The notes beneath the pieces are model-generated. The model saw only the letters and a list, made by a program, of their open reading frames with translations. It did not search any database and was not told where the DNA came from. From Protoeuglena noctilucae (lineage: Eukaryota): a stretch of 64,000 nucleotides of DNA. Position 1 is the first letter of the stretch. Every line of letters starts with the position of its first letter. The DNA lies in contig OY253681.1 of assembly GCA_958009085.1 (NCBI GenBank), positions 248,001-312,000 of the forward strand, read 5' to 3'. The position numbers were made by a program, and so were the translations under genes. Below, in pieces: positions 1 through 12,900 of this stretch.

Positions 1-287
1 CGGATTCGCATGCGTGTTTGACATCGGGTGGCGCAGCGTCTTTCGGCTCGGGCTGTCCGCGCTCGCACACCGACCGGCACTTCTGTGGGCAGCGGCGTGT
101 CGACGGGAGAGCTCCCCCGGCCGTTATATCCATCCCCTGTGCTTGTTTTCGTACCCTGGCGCCCCGGGATGCCTCGGCCGGCGCTCCACGGGGCGTATTT
201 CGTCCCAGTCCAAACGCTGGTTTTTTTTGTGGGGCGCTGGGGCGGTGCCGCGCCCTCGCTTTCGGCATAGGGGCGCGGCTCGTGCAG

Positions 288-3200
288 ATGCATTTCGCAA
301 AGGCGCGGGTTGTCCCAGAGAGCCTTCCCGTGATCGCGCTGGGTCATCGCGCCGGGTCATCGGGCTCCTTGCGGCCCTGTCGATCGCGGGGCGCAGGGGT
401 GCCGGGTTTTCAATTACCAGCGGTCTCGTCGACTGCGACTGCTCGCTGTGGGCTTGCCCGCCGCCGCGCCCGGTCCCAGGCTCGGGGTCGCGAGGACCCA
501 CAAGCCGACTATCCGTTCCGTGTTCGCAGGCGCGGAGCCCGGCGCGGACCCCGCTGGTTCGGTCCCGCTCTGCTAATGTCAACAGGTGCGTTCGGCGCAT
601 CTCCCGGCGTCCCGCGCCCCTGGGCGGTCCCGGAGACTCGCGCACCAGGCTCCCCTTTGCGGGCCTCCCGGTCGCAGGGCGCGGCCTCCCCGACGCCGCC
701 CTCCGCCCAGCAAGCTCTTTGTCATGATCGCGAGTTTCCTGCCTGCGCGCCTTCCCCTGCAGGTCCAGGAGCGTGACGCTGCGGGTGGCTGCTGGGACGG
801 AGGCGGAGCCCGCGAGCGAGGCGGTGGAGGCGAAGGCGAAGGAGGCGCCGAAGGAGGCCAAGATGCCGCTGTCGGAGGTCGTGGTGGGCAAGACGTACAA
901 GGGCGTGGTCCGCAACGTCCAGGTGCGTCGGCGCGAGCTCCATTTCCTGGCTGTCGCTTTCTCGAGGTCCCGCGCGCCCCGCGACGCGCCCCGCCGCCCC
1001 GCACGCAGACCTACGGCGCGTTCGTGGACATCGGCGCCGCGTCGGACGGGCTCGTGCACATCTCGCAGCTCTCGACGTCGTTCGTGAAGGACCCGAAGGA
1101 GGTCGTGAAGAGCGGCCAGGAGGTGGAGGTGCGCGTGCTGTCGCTGGACATGGCGGCCAAGCGCGTGGCGCTGACGATGCGTTCGGAGGGCGAGGAGCGC
1201 CCCCGCCGCGAGCGCCGGAAGCGCCGCGAGGGGCAGGAGGGCGAGGGCCAGGTCCAGGGCGACCGCCCGCGCCGCGAGCGCCGGGAGCGCCGCGAGGGGC
1301 AGGAGGGCGAGGGCGAGGGCCGCATGGAGCGCCGCGGCAAGGTGGCGCGGGCCTCCAAGCCCCGCGCCGAGCGCAAGGCGGTGCCCTTCAAGGTCGGCGA
1401 TGTGGTGAAGGGCCAGGTGGCGCGCATCCTGCCGTACGGGGTGTTTGTGTCCCTGGTGGAGGGCGTGGAGGGGCTCCTGCACCAGTCCGAGGTGCAGACG
1501 CAGGAGATGGAGCCCAACCTGCGGTCCATGTTCGTGGAGGGGCAGGAGGTGGAGGTGCGGGTGCTGTCGGTGGAGGGCGGCAAGGTGTCGGTGACGCAGA
1601 AGTCGGAGGAGGAGCGCAAGCCCTTCCGCGGGGCGTCGGCCACGGTGGATCCCTCGACGGTCAAGACGGCGCTCGAGTACCAGATGGCCAAGGCGGGCCT
1701 CAAGGCCTCGATGTTCAAGGTGGCGACCGCATGAGCGACGCGCGGCGCGGCGTAGTGCGCGCCGTAGCCCTCGGCCGGCCCGCTGCGGGCCGTTGAAGGA
1801 GGGCGGCCCTCGCTGGCGCCTCCGGCCCTGCGCTGCGCTACCTGCCGGCCTCGTGGCGATGCGATCTCAACGCACCGCCCCTGCGCTGTGCCCAGGCACC
1901 GAACCAGGCGGACAAGGACGCCAAGGCGAGTACCGCCAAGGCCGCTCCTGCCCCCGCTGCCGAGGCCAAGGCTGCTCCTGCAGAGGCCAAGACCGCCCCT
2001 GCTCCTGCTGAGGCCAAGGCTGCTCCCGCCCCTGCCCCTGCTCCTGAGGCCAAGGCTGCCCCTGCTCCCGCTGCTGAGGCCAAGGCCGCCCCTGCTCCGG
2101 AGGCCAAGGCTGCCCCCGCCCCCGCCCCTGCTGCCAAGGCCGCCCCTGCTGCTGAGGCCAAGGCTGCCCCTGCTGCTGCCAAGGCCGCCCCTGCTGCCAA
2201 GGCTGAGGATGAGGTGAAGGCTGCGCCCAAGGCCAAGGCGACCTACCAGGACACGACGGTGCTTCCGACGCCCGAGCGCCCCGCCTCGCCCGTGGCGGTC
2301 GAGCCGGCCGTGCCGGTTGTTGCCGTCGTGCCCAGCCCGGAGGAGGCGAGGGCGACTGCTGCGGCGTCTGCGCAGGCCAAGGCCGAGGCTAAGGCGGAGG
2401 CTAAGAAGGAGGCCAAGACGGAGGCCAAGGCGGCCCCTGCTGCCCCTGCCAAGACGGAGGCCAAGGTGGAGGCGAAGGCAGCCCCTGCTAAGGCGGAGGC
2501 TAAGGCGGCCCCTGCTGCCCCCGCCAAGACGGAGGCTGAGGCGGCCCCTGCTGCCCCGGCTAAGGAGCTGCGGGAGGCGACGGGCGCGGGGATGATGGAC
2601 TGCAAGAAGGCGCTGGCAGAGGTGAGAGGGGCAGGTGGTTGGGTGTAGAAGCTTGGATGTCGTCGCCTACCGCTCGCCTTGGGAACTGACTGCGCCGCAC
2701 AGGGCACGGTTAGCTGGGTGCCGCTGAGGTTGAGACCGTCCTCACGGCCTCTTCGCAGTGCGATAATGACCTGGAGAAGGCCACCGAGTACCTGCGCAAG
2801 AAGTGCCTGGCATCCGCCAGCAAGAAGGCCGGGCGCGTGGCGGCGGAGGGTCTGGTGCAGGCATACATCCACGCCGGGTCGCGCCTGGGCGTGCTGGTGG
2901 AAGTCAACTGCGAGACGGACTTCGTCGCGCGGGGCGAGAAGTTCCAGACGCTGGCGAACGACATGGCCATGCAGGTGGCGGCGTGCCCCGAGGTGGAGTA
3001 CGTGTCGATGGCGGACGTGAGCCCCGAGGCGCTGGCCAAGGAGACGGAGATCGAGATGGGCAAGGAGGACCTCAAGTCCAAGCCCGAGAACATCCGCGCC
3101 AACATCGTGAAGGGGCGCGTGGAGAAGCTGTTCAAGCAGCGGTGCCTGCTGGAGCAGCCCTACATCCGGGACCAGGACAAGACGGTGGAGGAGGTCATCA

Positions 3201-4303
3201 AGGGGGCCATTGCCGAGATCGGCGAGAACATCCAGGTGAGCTGCGTGCCAGGCGTAGGAGCGCCGCGTCCTTTGCGGCTGTGGCGTAGCGCGTTGCTCCC
3301 GGCGTCTGCCTTGCGCAATCCTCCTGCACACCCGTCCTGCACACGCCCACGCACATCCCAGTGGGCGCACTGTCTGCGCCGATCCACCACCTTGCCGCAC
3401 CTGTCCCATCTGCCTTGCCGCACCCGCGTCACATCGTCACTCACCGCCTCCTGCTCCTGACGCCTCCTGCAGTTCCGTCGTTTCGAGCGCTTCAATCTGG
3501 GCGAGGGCATCGAGAAGAAGGAGTCCAACCTGGCCGCGGACATCGAGGAGCAGGCGGCTGCCATGAAGAAGGCGGCCGAGTCGAAGGCGGCCGAGGCGAA
3601 GCCCGAGGCGCCGGTGGAGGCGAAGAAGGAGCCGGCGGCGGAGGCGGTGCAGGTGTCCGCGAAGGACGTCAAGACGCTGCGGGAGATGACGGGGGCGGGG
3701 ATGCTCGACTGCAAGAAGGCGCTGGCGGCCGAGGGCGGCGACGTCGAGAAGGCCGCCGAGTACTTGCGCAAGAAGGGCCTGGCGTCCGCCAGCAAGAAGG
3801 CCGGGCGCGTGGCGGCGGAGGGCGTGATCGCCTCGTACATCCACGCCGGGTCGCGTCTTGGCGTGCTGGTGGAGGTCAACTGCGAGACGGACTTCGTCGC
3901 GCGGGGCGAGAAGTTCCAGACGCTGGCGAACGACATGGCCATGCAGGTGGCGGCGTGCCCCGAGGTGGAGTACGTGTCGATGGCGGACGTGAGCCCCGAG
4001 GCGCTGGCCAAGGAGACGGAGATCGAGATGGGCAAGGAGGACAAGTCCAAGCCCGAGAACATCCGCGCCAACATCGTGAAGGGGCGCGTGGAGAAGCTGT
4101 TCAAGCAGCGGTGCCTGCTGGAGCAGCCCTACATCCGGGACCAGGACAAGACGGTGGAGGAGGTCATCAAGGGGGCCATCGCCGAGATCGGCGAGAACAT
4201 CCAGGTCCGCCGTTTCAAGCGTTTCAACCTGGGCGAGGGCATCGAGAAGAAGGTGTCCAACCTGGCCGAGGAGGTGGCCGCGCAGACGGGCGTGCGCGCT
4301 TGA
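288..4303 (+). CDS. PETs: Plastid polyprotein of EF-Ts (PSRP-7 with 2 S1 domains + Ala/Pro/Lys/Glu linker + 2 EF-Ts domains)
   Basis: Inferred exons 288-302, 530-585, 763-922, 1009-1719, 1896-2621, 2759-3235, 3473-4303. Arg/Ser-rich transit-like N-terminus; S1 motifs [18 protein letters not shown] and [13 protein letters not shown]; two EF-Ts units ([24 protein letters not shown]). First exon is tentative. Confidence 0.93.
1925..2560 (+). repeat. Coding minisatellite encoding AEAKAAP(AP)-type linker repeats
   Basis: Repeated GAGGCCAAGGC(T/C)GC(T/C)CC units seen directly between the S1 and EF-Ts parts. Confidence 0.9.
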
Positions 4304-4506
4304 GCAACGCAACGCAGCGAGCCGTCACGCTCTCGAAGTCCTGTTAGTCCTACGACCCCCTTCCCTCACGTAGCCCACCAGCCAAGGCCTTTTGGCGTGC
4401 AGTACGGTTGAAATGACCACTTCATGAGGCACTGCTTATCGCTAGTACACCCAGCTCACGCAAGGGCCAAGAACAAGGATGTCAGGCTGGATACACCTCG
4501 GCACTC

Positions 4507-5868
4507 TCACAACCCCGCACCCTGTGCTGCCTCTTCCCGCGCCCGCTTCCGGGCCAGGTACCGCTCCTTCGCACTCAGAAGCGCGCTCTCGTCCATCCGC
4601 CGGGCCGCAGGTGGTGCAACCGCCTCGCCCACCCGCCTTGCCTCCGTGCCCCCACCCTGCTCTGTGCCCACGCCCCCTGCCTCGACCGGCCCCGGCCCGG
4701 GCCCAGCTCCAACATTCCCACTACCCTCGCCACGTGCGTGCTCGGCCCCGAGAATCCCTGCATCCTCTCTGCCGCTCTCTTCACGGGGTGCCCCGTTGGG
4801 CGCAGCAGCAGGCTCGCGCTCGTCCCCCGCAGTCGCCCTCCCCTCCGCAGGTGCCCCGGCGTCCTCGCCCGCAAGATCGCTCGCTGCCGCGGTGCCAGAC
4901 GCGCGCGCGGAGGGCGCGGGCTTGGCCCCAAAAGCCGTGTTCTTGGTGAGCAGGTTGCGGTAGAAGTCCGTCAGGTCCCCCCTCTTGGTCACGTCCTCCT
5001 TCTGCTCCTCCTCCTCCTTCTTATTTTGCTCCTGCGCAACAGCAAGTCTCGCAGCTTGCCGTCAGTGCCGAAATCGCACTGCAGTGCGTCTTTGATCCTC
5101 CAAGCCGTGCAGCGACGCTCACCGCGAGCCACTTCTGCTCCTCCTCCAGCTTGCTCCGATACGCGGCCGTAACAAACCTCTCCTTGTCCCCGAACTCGTC
5201 CTTCTCCTTCTCCTGCTCCTTGCGCAAGCGGCGCTCGTATCTGCGGAGGGAAAACCGCCTTCCCTCGCATCCTGGCGGCCCTGCCGCATCGCCAGCTGCG
5301 AATTCGACCAACAAAGTCGCGGATGTGCGCACCGAATCGACTCCTCCATCTTGCGTTCCTGCGCCTTGGCCATCAGCGCCCCGACGTATTTGCTCTCCCG
5401 GGCGATGCGGTCGCGCCGGGCGGGCTCCTCGCGGGCGCGCTTGATGTCGTCGTAGACGCCGTCGTAGTCGAACACGGTGGGGTCCTCTTTCAGGGCAGAG
5501 GCGTGCATATCCGCGACCTTCTGCTGCACCTGCTTGGCGGCGCCCACCCGCTGAACCTGCGCCGAGAACGGACCGGATTGGCTTACCCAAACCTTGGAAC
5601 CCACGTCGGCTGTCATATCCACGTCGCGCTCACCTGTTTGTTCACGCTGGCGTGCCCATCGCCCTCGTCATCGGACTCCTCCCCGAACACCCCCTTCAGC
5701 GGCGCCCGCTGCACCGGCTTCGCTGCCGCCTGCGCGCCACGAGAGCAAGGAGTCGAACCATAATCCCTAACTCGCCATCCATCCTCCAGAACGGCGAGGC
5801 GACGGGTGCGGCACCTTGGTGGGAGGGCCACGAACGTTCAGGCCGTACTGGATGCCCTCCTGCTTCAT
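4507..5868 (-). CDS. NSRP1: Nuclear speckle splicing regulatory protein 1 (CCDC55/DUF2040)
   Basis: MKQEGIQYGLNVR start; ALKEDPTVFDYDGVYD, EFGDKERFVTAAY, DLTDFYRNLL, SAKERYLARK motifs over several exons. Confidence 0.88.
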
Positions 5869-6103
5869 AAACAGGGAGGACTTCCCATGCTGAGGACCAC
5901 TCATGACACCTAGCGCAGGGCGACAGCCCAGGAGGGGCGCAGGCGCTGCAGCAGTGCTCGCTCTCTATCTCTGAATCCAACGCGTGCACAATCGAATTGA
6001 CAAAATACAGGCACCTACGTGTGAGCAGCCGCACAAGTGAAAAGACTGTGAAGAAGCGCTGCCCGACACAAAACCCCGACGCACATACAGACTGGCAGCG
6101 TCA

Positions 6104-7224
6104 CTAGCTCGTGCGCCCCTTCTCCCCCTTTTTCTTCTTGTCTCTGTCCTTGTCCCGGTCCTTGGCCTTCCCCTCCTTGGCCTCCTTTGCTTTCTTCGGC
6201 TCCCTCTCCTTCTCCCCTGACCCGTCCTCCCTCGCCCGCTTCTTCTCCTTGCCTGCCCTGCTCGACCCCTCCTCGCCTCCCTTGCTCCCCCGCTCTTTCT
6301 TCTCCTGAGAAACAGAACACGCGACCGTCCAATCCTCGCGTGCCGTGGTTCCCACACCGCACCCGTGCTCCCGCAAGCACCGCCAATCCCAACTCGCCTT
6401 GCGTTCCCCTCCCAGCCCCGTCTCCTTCTCCAGCAGCGACCCGACCATCGTGAAGATCCCCGCGGCCACGATCACGTCTTTCAGCACAAACCTCAGCAGC
6501 GTCCCCTGCTCCACGCGCTCGCCTGCGAGGGCGGCGACACGCTACGGCTCCCGCCGCCCACGAATCCCCAAGCAAAGGCAGCAAAGGTACCCGCGGCGGG
6601 GCTCGAACCCGCACCTGACTTGGTGGCCCACGCCGTGTCGCTCTTGGGCTGAAACTCCTTGCGAATGTCCTGCCGCCCGATGGCCACGTTGAAGACCCCA
6701 CCGCACAGCAGAGAGAGGTAGTCCGCCCCCACCTTGCTCACCGTCCCGGACATGAGCGCGCCGATCTGCGCAAGCGCGAGGCGAACCGACCGCGTAATGC
6801 ATCGCATCGAGTCAGCTACAGCTCGGCCGAAACTGCTCCTGAGGCCACAGCTCGCACCTGAGGCTTGAAGATTTCGAGCTTGGCGCTGGCAGGGACGCGA
6901 ATGTACGGAAAATACGTGTGGATGCGTCCCACGCCGCCCGCCATCTTCACCCGCGAGAAGGACAGCACGACCCCCCGCTGCGGCTCCCCTGCGGCGTGGG
7001 CGGAGGCCGAGCGCGTCAAGTCGAGTACCCGCAACGCTTAAGCGATGTGAAACCTAGCGTGCGCAAGTCTCACGGTACGTCAAGACCATCTTCCGGAGCT
7101 CCTCCTCGACCCCAGAGGAAAAGCTGCCGCTGGTGGACGGGTGCAGGTCGAACTCCATCGCCACGCGCTCATGGGTTATGAAGCGCTCCAGAGGACCGCG
7201 ATCCAGCTGGGAAACCTTGTCCAT
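6104..7224 (-). CDS. RPA43: RNA polymerase I subunit RPA43 with Lys/Glu-rich tail
   Basis: DLHPS, GVVLSF, GRIHTYFPYIRV, IFKPQIGALMSGTVSKVGADYLSLLCGGVFNVAI, GTLLRFVL pattern typical of A43; spliced. Confidence 0.8.
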
Positions 7225-7909
7225 GGATGCAGCCCTCGCGCCGCGCGGGCGCACGTTCCCCCGCTGCCGCCGGTGTCCCGCCTCGCGCCCCTGCGCGGGC
7301 TGGCGCGGCGGCCGTGGCGACGGCGATGTGCAGCAGGAACGGGAGAGGCGAGTGCAAGCGGGCGCGGGGTCCCAGCTGTCTGCGGCGGCCAACGCACCTC
7401 GCCGACACGCACTCAACGTTGTGTTCGAGGGAGGGGAGCCCAGTGCGCTTTAATCCGGCACTCGCGTCACCTCTAGGATGATGTTCTTTGCAAGCAATGC
7501 CGGAGGGGGACGGCTGATACGCGGGCATCATGCGAAAACTTGCGAGTTGTCAGAACGGGCAGTCGTGCGGATCATCCGCGCATCCGCGCCGCGCGGCCAT
7601 GCATGACTTTGACTTAACACATCGTCTTGCTGCGACCCTACGCGCTCCACCTTCGGTAGCCGACGGCGAGCTTGCACCCAAGGCGGCATCGAAGGCGGCA
7701 TGCGTGCGGAGGGCGCTGGATCGGCCAGCGAGGTGGGAGATAGAGCCCTCTGTCCTGCATGGATGCATTTCGAATGTCTTTGCGCCGCCAGCGAGAGCGG
7801 GCCAGCTGGGGTGTCAAAAGTCACGCCAGCTTTCGCGTCGAGGGCCTCGCCTGTTTAAACCAGAAGCCTCCAGCCTCATTTAGGCTCTCCTGGGGCATCG
7901 GGGGGCGCC

Positions 7910-9729
7910 ATGAGCAGCGTACGCGGCCCTCAGCGCCCTCCACGCCACCCCACCCAGGATGCCTGGCATGACGGCAAGGATGTGGACAGCCTGGTGGACT
8001 GGGCGCGCGTGCGAGATGTCCTGGCTGAAGAGCAGCTCGCGGCGCTGAGCGAGCGCGGCTTTGTGGTCGTCGACGGTTTCTGGGGCAGAGAATGGAGTGC
8101 CGCTTTCCGTGCCGAGATGGACCATCTGGTGCGCACGGACAGCATGCGCCCAAACAAGACTGCCTTCACGGACGCTCAGGTACGCTCCTCGGCGCTGCGC
8201 AGCACGTTGCTGGCCCGCCCGCGCAGCACATTCTCGCCCCATGGGACGGCTCGTGTGAGACCGACTGCGCGCGCATGCACACACAGGGCCGCACCATTCT
8301 GACGACCAAGCCCAACATCTACGAGCTCGACCTCCACGACTCCGCCACGCGCCGCCAGCTCCCCGTCTTCTCGGACCTCTTTGCCCACGCGGGGCGGCTG
8401 GTGAACGGCCTCGACGCATCGTGCCCCGACCTCCGCCTCGACATGCGGCCGTCCTCAGACACCTGCGCCATCAAGCTGCAGTACAACGGCGGCGACGGTG
8501 CCTGCTTCCCCTTGCACTACGGTGAGGGCAGCCATCGCAACGACAGTGCTGCTCGCAACGACTGGGGCGGGACCTCAATGCTAGCCGTGCAACTGAGCCT
8601 TCCCTGTCAGCTCTTGTGCCCCACCTATAGCTCATCGTGATGAGTGCATGATGTGCATCCTGCACACGCCGGCGACCTTGGCTCGCGTTCTGTGCTGCAG
8701 ACAACCCCGGCAAGCCCAACCGCCGGCAGGTCACGATGCTGACGTATCTAAACCCCGACTGGCGCGAGGGCGACGGGGGAGAGCTGCAGCTGGTGCCCTG
8801 GCTGTCCACGCCCGTCGTGATCCCACCCAAGGTGACGACGATACCGTACGACGAGAGACGTGCTGTGACGCGGATCCTAGAGACCTGCGGATGCAACGCG
8901 TCCCTGCTTGCTCCGTTCGTAACACTGACCTATTGCCCTGTCTCTGTCATAGTCCTATCTCTGTCATTGCCCTGTCTGTCGCTATCTCTGTGCAGATGGA
9001 CCGTGTTGTCTTCTTCCTCTCCGATCGTGTGCTCCACCGCGTGCTCCCCGCCCGTGCCGAGCGCTTCTGCTTTACCATCTGGATGGACGGCACCCACACC
9101 AACCTCCCGGAGCACAACATGCTCGACATCTCGCAAGTGAGCCGTCTGCACACGCCCACACGCTCCCACTGTCAGCGCAACTGCGCTCGTCACGCATGCA
9201 TTGCACGCTGCGTCTCCCATCTCCCATCAACCCCGCATGTCCCCTACCTCACCTCCCTTCACTCGCCACCCGTCCCACAGTTCCAAGATTTGGAGAGCCT
9301 CTGCGGCCATTTGGCCCTGAGCCCCGCACAGCGTTTGCTCGCAAGGGGCGTCTACGAGAGCGCCTTTGCTCGCTCGATCAAGGAATGCATGCGGGACGCC
9401 AAGGGGTGTCGCGAGATGGTGGCGCAACACCAGGCGAGGGGGCGTGGATGGGGATGGGTGACGTGGCCGGTGCCACTGTGGGTGCTACTGCGGGTGCGAT
9501 CGCCGTTCACCCCAGTGCAGCTTGGGTAGCTCATGGCGGGCCTGCCAGAGTGATCTGTCAAAAGAACTTAGCCACAGCCGCTCTTTAGTGACGCCATCTA
9601 CTGCTGTCGTCTTTGCCTTCACAGATGTACATCGACGGTCTGTCGAAGAACCGCGTGCTGGAGAGCCTGGTCAAGCGACTGCGTGACTACCTCGCGACCC
9701 TCATGGAGCTTCAAGACTTCACCCTTTAA
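7910..9729 (+). CDS. 2OG-Fe(II) oxygenase, EGLN/PHD prolyl-hydroxylase-like
   Basis: GFVVVDGF; spliced FPLHYDNP (HxD), YLNPDW..GDGGEL, DRVVFF.SD.VLHRVLP, RFCFTIW. Start uncertain (7759 or 7910). Confidence 0.8.
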
Positions 9730-9958
9730 TGTGCTACTAGCCGCTTACTACCCACCATGCAACGGTGGTTCCCGAGGCACATCATCTGCCGTATCTCCAC
9801 GCGCCCCTTTCTACACCCACCGCTGCCCACGCATGACACGCGCGCTCCCTGTGCCATGACGCGTCTCTTGTCGATCCTTTTCCCACCGGTCGACCATCTG
9901 CTACGACTGGCACACGTATGCCCATTGAAAGCCTCGTCGGGCCATGTTGTGCAAGCCA

Positions 9959-12900
9959 CTACGCCTCCACATCCGCCCCTGCCTCTGGAACCTCTGTCAG
10001 TGCCTCCGCCAGTAACCGGGACGCCAGGGGGAGCACGAGGAGGTCCGCCAGGGAGCATCGGAGGCCGTCGAATGCGACGATCGGGTCCGGAGCATGTTGT
10101 GCCTCGCCATGAACAGCGATTGGTGCAGTGACGGTCAGTGTGTCGCCCCTGTCATCTCCCGCTGCTGCCGCTGCCGCTGCCTCCGCGGTCGCCTGGATGT
10201 CGGGGAACACCCCCGCGGGGTACTTGGGATACCGCTGGCTGAAGTGGGTGAGGACGACGCGCTCGGCCCCGGCTTGCAGGGACGCTGAGAGCGCCTCAGC
10301 GGTAGTGCTGTGGATGAGGTGGGACTGATGGTGGTGGGTGAGTGAGGGTGTGAGTAGGTTAGGATGCGGTGGGGAGACCGGGCAAGAGGGACCAGGGTGT
10401 GGCCAATTGCAATCAGCTATTTCTGCCACCTGCCGTCTCTTATAAACCCCCTGCCATCACCAGACCACCATCCACCCGTCTCTCGCCTGTGCCTCTTCCT
10501 CTCGGCCTGCCCCTGCAGCCCCGGCTCAAACGTCGCCTCATGGATCAACATTGTGCAACCGTGGGCGGCACGCGCCAACGCCCTGGAAGGCCTCGTATCC
10601 CCTGAGTAGCACAGGCGCCACCCGGACGCATGCGACAGCACGACGGCGTGCGCGTCGGCGCAGTGCTCCACCGGTACGCTGGAAAGCGATGCGAGGCCCA
10701 CAGCACAAAGCACGTCCGCCCATGCGCCACGGCGCTGGGGGTGGCCGGACGACCACTGCGCGTCCTTGAATTGCAGGAAACGGCAGGAGAGGCTTTGCAC
10801 CGGCAGGCACTGGGATAGCCAGGACTTGCTGCGGGGCAAGAGGGGCGGGGATTTGTGGCGTGAGAATGGTAGGGGCATGTGACAGAACGGCAGGTTCAGC
10901 CGAGCGCAGACGCGTCGCAATGCATCGCAGCGTGCTGTGAGGTTGCGAGTGTGCAGGACAAACTCTCTTAGTAAGCCATATGCGAGATCCATAGTATTAC
11001 GCATGTCTCACCATTGCCACGGCCCCACGATCCACAGGGGCCTCTCGTCCCTGCCACCCGCCTCTGCCTGTGCCGCAGCCCTGGCCCTGAGGACCCCCGG
11101 CAGCCCCACACAATGGTCGGCATGTTTGTGCGAGACCCAAACGATCGCCAACCGCGCCGCCACCTCTCGCGACACCGCCGGCCCCAAATGGCGCACCATC
11201 GCACCCCACGTGCCCTCCCCGCAGTCCAGCAGCACAGCCGCGGGCAATTGCATGTACCCATTCCCACTCTGGCCTTCTCCCTGCCCTAAACCACCACACC
11301 CGCCCTTGCCTTCACCCTCATGTGCGCAACCACGCCACCCCCGCATGAGCAAGATGCCGCTGCTGCCCCTGTACTCGCTAGGCTCAGCCGACCCCGTCCC
11401 CAGAAACACCACTTCCCACTCCTCCAAAGACCCCAGCGCCGCCAGCGTCGCCACGCTCACGCTCTCCGGGCCACACACCGCGTCGTGGACGCCGTGATCC
11501 GGTGCAGACGCAGCGTCCTTCGCGCCTTTTTCACCGCCATCGTCACTGCCACTGCTGTCACCGTCGCAGCTACCGCTGTCGCCCCGGCCATCGCCCCCGT
11601 CGCCCTTGCGACCTGGCCGGGGCTTCCCGTCGGCGCGCGGCGAGCCTGGCTGCGACGAGGACGGCGAAGAGGAACCCAGGGAAATCTCCTCAGCGTTCCT
11701 TACCGTCGGAGCGACAGGCGGCGGTGGCAAAGGTGTCATTGGCATGCTGCCAAGTCGCGTCTGCGCCCCCAGGCTCCCTTGCTCGCCCCACACGCCCCAG
11801 CCACGGTCCCAATTGGCATATCCCTGACCATAGGCGTGACTCTGGAGCCCACCCCACCCCTGTCCATCGCCCGGCCCGCCGTTGCCCTGCAGTCGCGCAC
11901 GCGCACCCCGCAGCGCCACCATCGCCCTTCCCATGGCTCTCTCAACCTCTGCCGCCCTCTGCTTCGCCCACGGATGCGTTTCCAGCAAGTCCCCCTGCAC
12001 CCCAGCCTCGTCCACAGGCTCAGGCACTCGGGCTGACTCCGCGCGTGCTCTGGGCTTCACACCCGCACCCGTGCCAGTCCCCTGCCTCACTGAGACCGGC
12101 CCAATGCCAGTCGAAAAGAGCAGCGGACACCACATGACCTCGGATGTTGCGACACCCACCCCGCCCGCCTCGGCAGGCCCAGGCTCACCGACTCGCGGCC
12201 GCTTGCGTGGCCCCACCCCCGCATCGCCTGTTGCGCCATCCCCGGACGCCCCACTGCGCTCGGCGCATGTCCCGCTCACCATCCCTACGGATCCCGCCAC
12301 GCCCCCGCCGCACTCCCGCAGCGCAGGCCGGCCCCGCGCCCGCCACCGCCCCACGTGCGGCACGGGGAAAGCCCTGGGGCACAGAAACCCCAGGCGAGCG
12401 GAGGTGCGCGACGAGGCCTGAAATCCTTCAGCGCCCTCGAGGGTCTCCGCTGCCCCGGACACGCCCACAGGCGCCCACTCCCCGAACCCCGCCACAGTAT
12501 GTGCGTGGGCACGACCATCGGCATTCGTACCCGCACAGCGCCCAGCCTCGTCGCTGCCCGAGGCCCGGCGAGGCGGCACGCCCCCCACGGCGACAGCAAC
12601 GCGTGGAGCGTTCGCGGCCGCGGCCAGGTCTCGCAGGGCGGCTCTGGTCGGGAGCCATCCCCCGGGCGACATCTGAAAGGCGATAGTCCGGCGTGTGGGG
12701 GGCGTGGCTTGGAGGAGCGAGGTCGCCGCATGGGACCGGAGCTCCGCCACGTCTTGCAGAGACTCGCACATGGTGATGGGGAGCACGCAGTCGATAGCCT
12801 GCTTGGGGCAAGTCAGGGACGGGAGGGGTGAGAGCGACGAAGATGGGCGGGTTGCTAAGCGGTTACCCTTCATGCGACTCAAACATGCAAACCCTCTTAT

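Noticed and set aside
281..290. Acceptor-like YGCAG just before several start codons (spliced-leader trans-splicing?)
   Set aside because: Ordinary 5'-UTR introns or chance suffice; L9 shows a cis donor near 49721 for its UTR acceptor.
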